A DNA stretch of 64,000 nucleotides from an uncultured delta proteobacterium (GTDB lineage: Bacteria > Desulfobacterota > Binatia > HRBIN30 > BPIQ01). Shown here one piece after another: positions 40,401 through 48,118 of the stretch (position 1 is its first letter; the number at the start of each line of letters is the position of its first letter). A program made the position numbers and the translations under genes. The notes below the pieces were generated by a model. That model was not told where the DNA came from, did not search any database, and saw only the letters and a program-made list of their open reading frames with translations. The stretch lies in NCBI GenBank assembly GCA_963761335.1, contig CAVXGR010000018.1:768001-832000 (forward strand), read 5' to 3'.

Positions 40401-40768
40401 CCGGCGACGTGGGGGTTCCGGTGCCGATCTCCTTCAACGGCGCCGGCACCAACATCATTTTGATTGCGCCTTTGGAGTTCACCTTCGACCCGGCAGTGCT
40501 GGAATACGTGACCTGTACGTCTTCCTTGCCTGCCGACTACACGGTCCAGTCGGCGTCGCCGGATCCGGGACTGGTGCGAATGGTGGTTCAGTCAGGGGCG
40601 AACCTGGTGATCCCGGCGGGACAGATCGCCACCTGCAGCTTCACGATCTCCGCCTCGGCTTCAGGGGGCACGATGACGCCGCTGACGTTCCAGGCCGCAG
40701 GGATGAGCGACGAGGAGTTCAACGACCTCTCCGCCAGCGGAATCAATGGGAGTATCGCAGTTCAATAG
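37415..40768 (+). CDS. Scaffoldin-like lipoprotein with 4 cohesin domains (paralog of 34753-37341)
   Basis: LAGC lipobox; homologous N-terminal domain; cohesin repeats at about 38545-38940, 39079-39474, 39742-40137 and 40369-40764. Confidence 0.85.
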   Translation: MKQRISAGARALLLVVVSAALLAGCGGSAEVLVTQPAPLTVAGRVQLPPASFAQAPSWLRRFAELVVARAEALIGVAPAPNVGVVVVGVSDSDLAFGDVTALPAVGTGFTDSEGLYSVPVGELAFDGCNGDGQRILAYTQAGGLTRALAFRETNVDIDASSEAVVRLVAERIAANPQLSVCDLSDSEIESILIAVANASLEVSGATAAEINDNAFAAAAADATVNATLDSAFGVITSPTPTSTPTGTRTAGTASPTATATETAVESPTATPAESATATPIAETATPSVPATASATSIPTFTRTPTSPAFTPTSTRTASAMPSPTLTQVESTPTPTMVSNPSTPTETAPLPTVTSPPTAPPTITATAEVTPTQAAGLPSIVLGAANGEPGSTVSVPVSLDSNGIDIILIGPLEFTFDDAVLTFNSCTSSLPADYTVQAANPETGLVRMVIQSGANLVIPNGELATCSFTISASAQLGTSSTLAFQAAGMSDADFNDITGTGDDGTVDIGAAETPTPTTTSTVALASETPTHTAEPTATATVAAATATPTEMMASGPQIVIDSGSAAPGDVVSVAVSLQSNGTSIILIGPLEFTFDPAVLTFGNCTSSLSADYTVQAANPDTGLVRMVIQSGANLVIPDGQLATCSFTVSASADLGAMTPLSFQAAGMSDVDFNDITAGGVSGEVTVGSAEASPTATEPPATATATQPAATATPTETSVPATATETSGPPTATSVPATATSTVAPPATETSTPVPPATGTATAVPPSTTPTEMMASGPQIVIGAGAAAPGEMASVPVSLQSNGPSIILIGPLELTFDPAVLTFESCTTSLSADYTVQAVSPETGLVRMVIQSGANLVIPDGELATCSFTVSASAALGTMTPLNFQAAGLSDADFNDLSASGVNGEVMVGGAAATPTETEEIATATATQPLATPTETVVPATATQPAATATATETSVPPTATSTAPPPATETSTAVPATETPTQPSGPLISIGSGSGMPGDVGVPVPISFNGAGTNIILIAPLEFTFDPAVLEYVTCTSSLPADYTVQSASPDPGLVRMVVQSGANLVIPAGQIATCSFTISASASGGTMTPLTFQAAGMSDEEFNDLSASGINGSIAVQ

Positions 40769-40909
40769 CGAGGAGTGAGCTCGGCGAGCTGAACGGGAGG
40801 CTTCGGGCAGAGGAGAGAAAAGGGGATTGCCAGCCGGCGCGGATCGTTCGGAATCGAGACCGGCCAGCTGGTACAAGTCACGCGGGCGCTGCTCCCGCAG
40901 GAGGGAATT

Positions 40910-42544
40910 ATGTTTCGGAAATTGACACTTACGAATGCGCTCGCGGCCCTGGCAGGCGTGGCCTGCATCTTGGCGCTGCCGGCGATGGTCGCGGCGCAGT
41001 GCCTTGGCGACTGCGACGCCAACAACAGCGTCACCGCTTCCGACCTGGCAAAGATCAATCAGCTGCTGCTCAAGTGCCCGTGCTCCGGTGGGTTGCTGGG
41101 GGGCGATCCGGCTGGCTGCGCCGGCGGCGGCACCATCACCTGCGCCGCCGCGGATAAGAACATGAACAACTGCATCACGGCCAGCGAGAAGGCGCAGATC
41201 AACGCGCAGGTGCTGAATAACGGCTCGACGTGCCCGGCGCCTCCCACCCCGACGCCGGTCATGAATTGCCCGCAGGACTTCACCGTGCAGCTGGCGGAGG
41301 CCAGCCAGGCGCGCATTCAGACTCTTGGCGTGGGTCTGTTCCCGACGACGGGGGGGTTGGCGCTGCAGGGAACCCTGAGGGTGGAGGTCTCGTGCCCGGA
41401 CGCCAACGGCATCGCCACCATCACCATGCCCGCGGCCGATGCCCACCTCCAGCCGGTCGATCTGGGCGCGCTGGGCACGGCCTGCGTCGAGCTGAGCGCC
41501 GACGCCGTTGGGACAGTCGATTGCGACGGTGGGTCGACACCGGGGCCGGACTTCACCTTCACCAAGGATCACGATACCAACCCGGCGCACACGATTGCCG
41601 GCTCGCCGCCCGGCCTGCCGAACGATGTGGAGTGCGACGACGTCTTCACGTTCGGCGGCCTGCCTCCCTCGTATGCCTGTCAGGAAGGGAAGAAGAGGTG
41701 TCTGGGGGGCACGAACTTCGGCATGCTCTGCACGACGGATGCCGGCTGTCCGGGCTCGACCTGCGTGGCGTGCTCGAGCGGAACCCGTTCGAACAGCACC
41801 TGCGACAGCCCCACGGTGATCACCGAGAGCGGCACGTTCCGGCCGGGAGACGTTGTTCTGACCACGGTGCAGAAGATCACGGTCGTGGCGCCGGCAGCGT
41901 ACGGGGCGGACGGGATACCGTGCACGGCGGACGACGGCGATCCGTCGCTGCCGCCGACCGAGTCCCCGGCGATCTTCAGCACGGGCCATGTGCAGGCAGA
42001 GGTGTGGGACGCGACCACGGCGGCAGGCGGGACGCTGAGCAAGAACAACCGCATCGGCACCGGGTCGTTGACTTCGTGCGAGACGAATGCGGACTGCCCG
42101 TCCATCTGTCTTGGAGGGAGCAACGCCGGTGGGCAGTGCTTCGTGGCCGGCGACTGTCCTGGAGGGAGCTGCCCGCGCACCCGGATCTGCATCGGAGGCA
42201 CCAACAATCTCCAACCGTGCCTCTACAACTCGGATTGCCCCGGCAGCGGCGCCTATTGCAACGACGTCGGCAATCTCCTGGAGACCTGCTACGAGGGCGA
42301 TCCACCGCTCGGCGGGGGGGCGCAGACGCTGTGCGGCACGGGACACGCGCAGCCGTGCTACTGCCGCGCCAAATGCAGTATGGCGGGCTGCGTCAACGGG
42401 ACCACTGGCAACCCGGGGAGCTGTGCGGCGGTGTTCAGCGCCTCTCCCAATCTGTCGGGCCTCAGCCTCGGTGGAGCCTTCCCGACACTCGACTTCACGC
42501 TCGGCGGCGACGCGGTCGTCTACTTCCAGTTCGTCGTGCAGTGA
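40910..42544 (+). CDS. Secreted protein: N-terminal dockerin-like module plus Cys-rich 'domain B'
   Basis: Signal peptide ending VAA; duplicated Ca-loop/helix segments GDCDANNSVTASDLAKINQLLL and ADKNMNNCITASEKAQINAQVL. Confidence 0.8.
   Translation: MFRKLTLTNALAALAGVACILALPAMVAAQCLGDCDANNSVTASDLAKINQLLLKCPCSGGLLGGDPAGCAGGGTITCAAADKNMNNCITASEKAQINAQVLNNGSTCPAPPTPTPVMNCPQDFTVQLAEASQARIQTLGVGLFPTTGGLALQGTLRVEVSCPDANGIATITMPAADAHLQPVDLGALGTACVELSADAVGTVDCDGGSTPGPDFTFTKDHDTNPAHTIAGSPPGLPNDVECDDVFTFGGLPPSYACQEGKKRCLGGTNFGMLCTTDAGCPGSTCVACSSGTRSNSTCDSPTVITESGTFRPGDVVLTTVQKITVVAPAAYGADGIPCTADDGDPSLPPTESPAIFSTGHVQAEVWDATTAAGGTLSKNNRIGTGSLTSCETNADCPSICLGGSNAGGQCFVAGDCPGGSCPRTRICIGGTNNLQPCLYNSDCPGSGAYCNDVGNLLETCYEGDPPLGGGAQTLCGTGHAQPCYCRAKCSMAGCVNGTTGNPGSCAAVFSASPNLSGLSLGGAFPTLDFTLGGDAVVYFQFVVQ
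41267..42544 (+). repeat. Copy 1 of the ~1.28-kb 'domain B' coding repeat
   Basis: Collinear and the same length as 46804-48081 (offset 5537), with scattered substitutions. Confidence 0.95.
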
Positions 42545-42554
42545 CGGTGTCCGC

Positions 42555-42582
42555 GGGGGAGCCGGGTCGTCCCGGCTCCCCC
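42555..42582 (+). terminator. Hairpin after the dockerin gene
   Basis: gggggagccggg-tcgt-cccggctccccc, 12-bp stem. Confidence 0.55.
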
Positions 42583-42650
42583 GCCATTCTTGGCGTCGCC
42601 GTTCTTGGCGTCGCCGGTTGCGCCCGACGCCATGTGAGGAAAACTATGGC

Positions 42651-42680
42651 TTGACACCTCGGCGGTCAGGGGACTAGAAG
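42651..42680 (+). promoter_or_regulatory. Possible sigma70-type promoter
   Basis: TTGACA-N18-TAGAAG in the 430-bp intergenic region. Confidence 0.4.
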
Positions 42681-42974
42681 GCGCTATAGGGCCATCAGGG
42701 GAATAGTCTCCAGAGGAGTACTCTGAACATTCTATGGAAGGTGCTCCGGCCTCTGGCCGGTTCCCTCGTGCATATGAGCGCGGGGCAGGGAGGAAAGCTC
42801 ATGAAGCGCGTCGTGTCGACAGGGGAGGGTTCCCGACACGCCAGATGTTCGCATCCCGCTCCCGCGCCGTCTCAATGGGCGCAGATTTTCCGTCGCTTTG
42901 CGGTAACGCATGCGATATAGTCAGTCCAGCGCGCTGAGGGTTGCCCGATTTCGGGCGCCGAAAAAAGGGGGAAG

Positions 42975-44885
42975 ATGATGTTCGCCGGCCGCAGTCGCTA
43001 CCGCAGGATTCTCATCGGAGCACTTTTCGTGGCGGGCCTCGGCGCTCTCGTGTTGGCGCCGTCCGTCGAAGCCCAGTTCGTTTACGTGAACAACAACCAG
43101 GCGCCCAGCAACTCGGTCAGCGGCCTGGCGGTCGACGGCAGCGGCGCCCTCTCTGCCGTCTCCGGCTCGCCGTTCGCGACCGGGGGAAGCGGTTCCTTCT
43201 CGTCCAATACCGGCGCCATCGACGTGGTGGTGACGGCGAACCGCCTCTACGCGACCAACTCGATCAGCAACTCCATCGCCGCCTTCGACATCAATGTCGA
43301 CGGGTCGCTCAGCACGATTCCCGGCTCGCCGTTCCCGACCCTCGGCAATCAGCCGAACGGCATCGCCGTCAACGACGGCGGCACGCGGCTCTTCGTCGCC
43401 CTCTTCAACAGCAACAGCGTCGCGGTCTTCAATATCGCCTCGAACGGCGCCCTGACCCATGTCTCGGGCTCCCCGTTCAGTCTCGGAACCGCGAACCCTC
43501 TGGACCTGGCAATCGACTCGGCCAACTCGCTTCTCTTTGCCAGCCACAACGCCGCGGGCGTGGGTGTGTACACCATCGGCGTCGGCGGTTCCCTCACCCC
43601 GATAGGTGGATCTCCCTTCGCCGGGGGCGGCGGTGATGAGCGCGGCCTTGGAGTCAACGGCGGCAAGACCCGGCTGTATCTGGCCGATCACGACGTGAAC
43701 ACCGTGAGCGGCTTCGACATCGGCGGCGGCGGCACGTTGACGGCGGTACCGGGCTCACCCTTCGTCGCCGGTACGGGTCCGACGGACGCGCTCTTCCATC
43801 CGTCGCTCTCGGTCCTCTACGTCACCAACGAGAGCAGCTCCAACATCTCCGCGTACGACATCGCCCCGGTCGGCACCCTGAGTGCTCTCGGCGGGTCGCC
43901 CTTCGCCTCCGGAGGGACGGGTGCCGGTGGGATGATCATCGACGCCACCAATGAGCGCCTCTTCGTCATCAATCGAACCTCTCACAGCGTGAGCTCGTTC
44001 GACATCGACGGCAGCGGCGGCCTGACCGCCGTCGCCGGCTCGCCGTTCGCCACCGGCGCCGCTTCGGGGACGCCCTTGTCGATCGCCTTGGCCGTCATCG
44101 ATACGGACGGCGATGGGGTTCCCAACGGCACGGACAACTGCCCGCTCATCTCCAATCCCGCGCAGACGGATACCGACGGCGACGGGATCGGTGACCTCTG
44201 CGACTCCGAGTGTACTGCCACAGCCCCTGGAGTATGTGTCCCGGGGCGGGGAAAACCCGCCACCGAGTGCTATCATGAGTTCATGGTGATCACCGACCCG
44301 CCACCCGCGGAGAATCCCAAGACCAACCTCCCCAACTTCCGCATCAACTGCCAGAACGGCAATTCCAGCTGCGACTTCGACAACGACGCGACTGATGACC
44401 ACTGCACCTTCAACGTGCGGGTATGCTTCAACAACAGCGATCCGCGGTTCCCGCTGTGCTCGCCGCGGGACGTGGCCACCTTTGACCTGAGGAAGCCGCG
44501 GCCGGGCGCGGCGCACAACGACGTATTCGACACCGCCAACATCAGCGAGTTCGAGCGCGTGGTCAACGGCGGCACCTGCGACAACGACGCGACGCGCAGC
44601 TGCCTCACGGCAGCCGACTGCACGGGCGGTGGGCTGTGCACGGATCCGCCCATCATTGGCACGGAGTTCGTCCATGGCCGCAACACGCTCCTTGCCGGCA
44701 GCCCGAATGGCACCTTGGACAACTGCTCCGACATCATGGAGCTGCAGGTGCCGCTGCGGCTGACGGGTGTGGGATACAAGAAGAAGACCAAGATCTTTCG
44801 GGTGAAAACGCGAACCTCGCCGCCGCCGAACAAGGGCGAGGTGGACACGGACGTGCTGAAGCTCACATGCGTTCCTGCGCCGTGA
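42975..44885 (+). CDS. Secreted lactonase-like beta-propeller, TSP type-3 Ca-binding repeats, 'domain A'
   Basis: Signal peptide ending VEA; seven GxL...GSPF repeats; [32 protein letters not shown]. Confidence 0.85.
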   Translation: MMFAGRSRYRRILIGALFVAGLGALVLAPSVEAQFVYVNNNQAPSNSVSGLAVDGSGALSAVSGSPFATGGSGSFSSNTGAIDVVVTANRLYATNSISNSIAAFDINVDGSLSTIPGSPFPTLGNQPNGIAVNDGGTRLFVALFNSNSVAVFNIASNGALTHVSGSPFSLGTANPLDLAIDSANSLLFASHNAAGVGVYTIGVGGSLTPIGGSPFAGGGGDERGLGVNGGKTRLYLADHDVNTVSGFDIGGGGTLTAVPGSPFVAGTGPTDALFHPSLSVLYVTNESSSNISAYDIAPVGTLSALGGSPFASGGTGAGGMIIDATNERLFVINRTSHSVSSFDIDGSGGLTAVAGSPFATGAASGTPLSIALAVIDTDGDGVPNGTDNCPLISNPAQTDTDGDGIGDLCDSECTATAPGVCVPGRGKPATECYHEFMVITDPPPAENPKTNLPNFRINCQNGNSSCDFDNDATDDHCTFNVRVCFNNSDPRFPLCSPRDVATFDLRKPRPGAAHNDVFDTANISEFERVVNGGTCDNDATRSCLTAADCTGGGLCTDPPIIGTEFVHGRNTLLAGSPNGTLDNCSDIMELQVPLRLTGVGYKKKTKIFRVKTRTSPPPNKGEVDTDVLKLTCVPAP

Positions 44886-44952
44886 GGCGCAGGCAGCGCG
44901 CCTGAGCCCGAGCACGAGATTCGTTTTCGCAAAGAATGAAGGGGAGCCACTC

Positions 44953-47900
44953 ATGAAGCGAATCATCGTTTCGACGGGAATCGCCGCGCTGTTGCTCGGC
45001 GCGCTGACAACACCAGCTCGAGCCATTCTGTTCGGCAGCATTCCCAACGCAAGTGGCTCCGATCTGGTGACCATCGATCAGGTCAACGGAACCGCCACGC
45101 TGGTGGGCGCCATCGGCTTCAAGGCGGTGAAGGGGCTTGCCGTGCGGCCATCGGACGGCACCATGTTTGCTTCCACCGGCTATGTCGCCGGCGGCACCAA
45201 CATCGGAAAGATCCTCACCGTCAACACCATGGGCGGCGTCGGAGCGGCGCTGCCGTCGCAGGATCAGGACGGCATCACGGCCTTGGCCTTCTCTCCGGGC
45301 GGTACCCTGTATGCCACCTGCCGTTGGTTCAACACCGACCACCAGCCGGACGTGCTGTGCACGATCAACCAGCTCGACGGGTCGGCGACCCCCGTGGATC
45401 AGTTTCAGGCGCTCGACCCCAATTTCCTGGTCGAGGGATTCGACGGCCTGGCGTTTGACTCGGGCGGAACCCTGTATGCGTCGACCAACAACTTCACCGC
45501 CGGTGAGCCGCAGCTGTACACGGTCAACCCCGCCACGGGCGTGGCCACCGTGGTTGGTCCGATTCGCACGGGTGGCGGGGTGCAACTGAGCGCCGGAGTC
45601 GTCGACATCCGCTTCATCGGCAGCACTCTCTTCGGTGCGACCTCGGATGGGCGCATCATCACCATCGACAAGGCGAGCGGCATCTACACCGTCGTCGGCC
45701 TTACCGGTCTCGGAAATGCCGAGGGCCTCGCCGAGCTCATCGTGAACACCCCGACGCCTACCATCCCGACGCCTCCGACGGGCACTGCCCCGCCGACGGC
45801 GACGCCGACCCCCAAGCCGTGTGCCGGAAAGCTTGCGCCCGTAAATCCATGCGCTCCCGGCCGCGGTTCGAAGAAGACAGATTGCTTCATGGAATGGCTG
45901 GTGACCCCCGTCCCCGGACTCGACCGCAAGGGGCTGCCCGTCAAGAAGGTGATCTGCTACGAGGGCGATCCAGCCTGTGACATCGACACTGACCTCGGCA
46001 ACAAAGAGTGCACCTTCCAGGCGCAGATCTGCCTGAATAACAACGATCCTCGCTTCCCAGAGTGCCAGCCACTGGACATTACCTCGTTCGAGGTGAAGAA
46101 GCCGAATCCCGATAAGCCGAAGGACGCCACCGACACCGCCAATGCGGCGACTCTCGAGGATCAGGCCGCCAACGGCTTCGGGATCACCGTGGTTCGCAAG
46201 AAGCTGGTAATCTCTCTCGAGTCCTCCGACTCGACTCCCGACGACTGCAGTCCAGCGCTCCCCTTGCGCGTGCCGCTGAAGGTCACCAACTCGGGCAAGA
46301 TCCGCAAGTTTCACAAGACATTCCGCATTCGCGGAACCACGTCTCTGCCGACGCGGCCCAATGTCGACACCGATGTGCTGCATCTGGAATGCCGGCCGAG
46401 CACCTGCGGCAACGGCATCATCGAGACCGATCACGAGGAGTGCGACGACGGCAATCGCCTGCCGGGCGACGGCTGCGACCAGGGTTGCCACATCGAGCCG
46501 ACGCCAGCGCCGACCAATACGCCGGTATCGACGAGCACCAGCGCGCCTACCGGCACCCCTCTACCGGAGACTCCGACAAGCACTCCGGTGATCACGGCTA
46601 CCAACACCGCGGTGCCGGCCACGGCGACGTTCACTGGTACATCGACGCCGATTGGGCCGACGTCTACCGCGACCGAGACGCCGATCCCGGCAGACACGGC
46701 AACGGTCACCGAGACGCCGATCCCGACGCAGACGGGGACGATCACGGAGACGCCGACGATCACGGAGACGGCGACGATCACGCCGACGGGGGCGCCGATC
46801 ACCTGTCCGCAGGACTTCACCGTGCAGCTGGCGTCGGCCAGCGAGGCGCGCATTCAGACGCTGGGTGTGGGTCTGTTCCCGACGACGGGGGGGTTGGCGC
46901 TGCAGGGGAGCCTGAGGGTGGAGGTTTCCTGCCCGGACGTGAACGGCATCGCCACCATCACCATGCCCGCGGCCGATGCCGACCTCCAGCCGGTCGATCT
47001 CGGCGCGCTGGGCACGGCCTGCGTCGAGCTGAGCGCCGACGCCGTTGGGACAGTCGATTGCGACGGTGGGACGACACCGGGGCCGGACTTCATCTTCACC
47101 AAGGATCACGATACCAACCCGGCGCACACGATTGCCGGCTCGCCGCCCGGCCTGCCGAACGATGCGGGGTGCGACGACGTCTTCACGTTCGGCGGCCTGC
47201 CTCCCTCGTATGCCTGCCTGGAAGGGACGAAGAGATGCCTGGGGGGCACGAACCTCGGCATGGTGTGCACGACGGATGCCGGCTGTCCGGGCTCGACCTG
47301 CGTGGCGTGCTCGAGCGGAACCCGTTCGAACAGCACCTGCGACAGCCCCACGGTGATCACCGAGAGCGGCACGTTCCGGCCGGGAGAGATCGTTCTGACC
47401 ACGGTGCAGAAGATCACGGTCCTGCCGCCGTCGGCGTACGGAGCCGACGGGATACCCTGCACGGCAGACGACGGCGCTCCGTCGCTGCCGCCGACCGAGT
47501 CCCCGGCGATCTTCAGCACGGGCCTCGTGCAGGCGAAGGTGTGGGACGCGACCACGGCGCAAAACGGGACGCTGAGCAAGAACAACCGCATCGACACCGG
47601 GTCGTTGACCTCGTGCGCGACGAATGCGGACTGCCCGTCTATCTGTATTGGGGGGAGCAACGCCGGTGGGCAGTGCTTCGTGGCCGGCGACTGTCCTGGG
47701 GGGAGCTGCCCGCGCACCCGGATCTGCATCGGGGGCACCAACAATCTCCATCCGTGCTTATACAACTCGGATTGCCCCGGCAGCGGCGCCTATTGCAACG
47801 ACGTCGGCAATCTCCTGGAGACCTGCTACGAGGGCGATCCACCGCTCGGCGGGGGGGCGCAGACGCTGTGCGGCCCGGGACACGTGGAGCCGTGCTACTG

Positions 47901-48081
47901 CCGCGCCAAATGCGGCTCGGCGGGCTGCGTCAACGGGACCACGGGCAACCCGGGGAGCTGCGCGGCGGTGTTCAGCGCCTCTCCCAGTCTGTCGGGGGTG
48001 GTCCTCGGCGGCGCCTTCCCGACGCTGGACTTCCAGCTCGGCGGCGACGCCGTCGTCTACTTCAACTTCGCCGTGCAGTGA
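44953..48081 (+). CDS. Secreted modular protein: beta-propeller-like head, domain A, myxobacterial Cys repeat, PT linker, domain B
   Basis: Signal peptide ending ARA; GLAF..GTLYA / LYTVNPATG blade repeats; CGNGII..EECDDGN. Confidence 0.85.
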   Translation: MKRIIVSTGIAALLLGALTTPARAILFGSIPNASGSDLVTIDQVNGTATLVGAIGFKAVKGLAVRPSDGTMFASTGYVAGGTNIGKILTVNTMGGVGAALPSQDQDGITALAFSPGGTLYATCRWFNTDHQPDVLCTINQLDGSATPVDQFQALDPNFLVEGFDGLAFDSGGTLYASTNNFTAGEPQLYTVNPATGVATVVGPIRTGGGVQLSAGVVDIRFIGSTLFGATSDGRIITIDKASGIYTVVGLTGLGNAEGLAELIVNTPTPTIPTPPTGTAPPTATPTPKPCAGKLAPVNPCAPGRGSKKTDCFMEWLVTPVPGLDRKGLPVKKVICYEGDPACDIDTDLGNKECTFQAQICLNNNDPRFPECQPLDITSFEVKKPNPDKPKDATDTANAATLEDQAANGFGITVVRKKLVISLESSDSTPDDCSPALPLRVPLKVTNSGKIRKFHKTFRIRGTTSLPTRPNVDTDVLHLECRPSTCGNGIIETDHEECDDGNRLPGDGCDQGCHIEPTPAPTNTPVSTSTSAPTGTPLPETPTSTPVITATNTAVPATATFTGTSTPIGPTSTATETPIPADTATVTETPIPTQTGTITETPTITETATITPTGAPITCPQDFTVQLASASEARIQTLGVGLFPTTGGLALQGSLRVEVSCPDVNGIATITMPAADADLQPVDLGALGTACVELSADAVGTVDCDGGTTPGPDFIFTKDHDTNPAHTIAGSPPGLPNDAGCDDVFTFGGLPPSYACLEGTKRCLGGTNLGMVCTTDAGCPGSTCVACSSGTRSNSTCDSPTVITESGTFRPGEIVLTTVQKITVLPPSAYGADGIPCTADDGAPSLPPTESPAIFSTGLVQAKVWDATTAQNGTLSKNNRIDTGSLTSCATNADCPSICIGGSNAGGQCFVAGDCPGGSCPRTRICIGGTNNLHPCLYNSDCPGSGAYCNDVGNLLETCYEGDPPLGGGAQTLCGPGHVEPCYCRAKCGSAGCVNGTTGNPGSCAAVFSASPSLSGVVLGGAFPTLDFQLGGDAVVYFNFAVQ

Positions 48082-48084
48082 TGC
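46706..48084 (+). repeat. Copy 2 of the domain B repeat, near-identical to 49614-50992
   Basis: Constant offset of 2908 with only a handful of visible mismatches. Confidence 0.95.
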
Positions 48085-48118
48085 GTACTTGCGCCGAGCT
48101 GGGATCGAGGCCAAGTCG

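Noticed and set aside
42975..44100. 6-phosphogluconolactonase (pgl)
   Set aside because: It is secreted and fused to TSP3 and domain A; only the propeller fold is supported.
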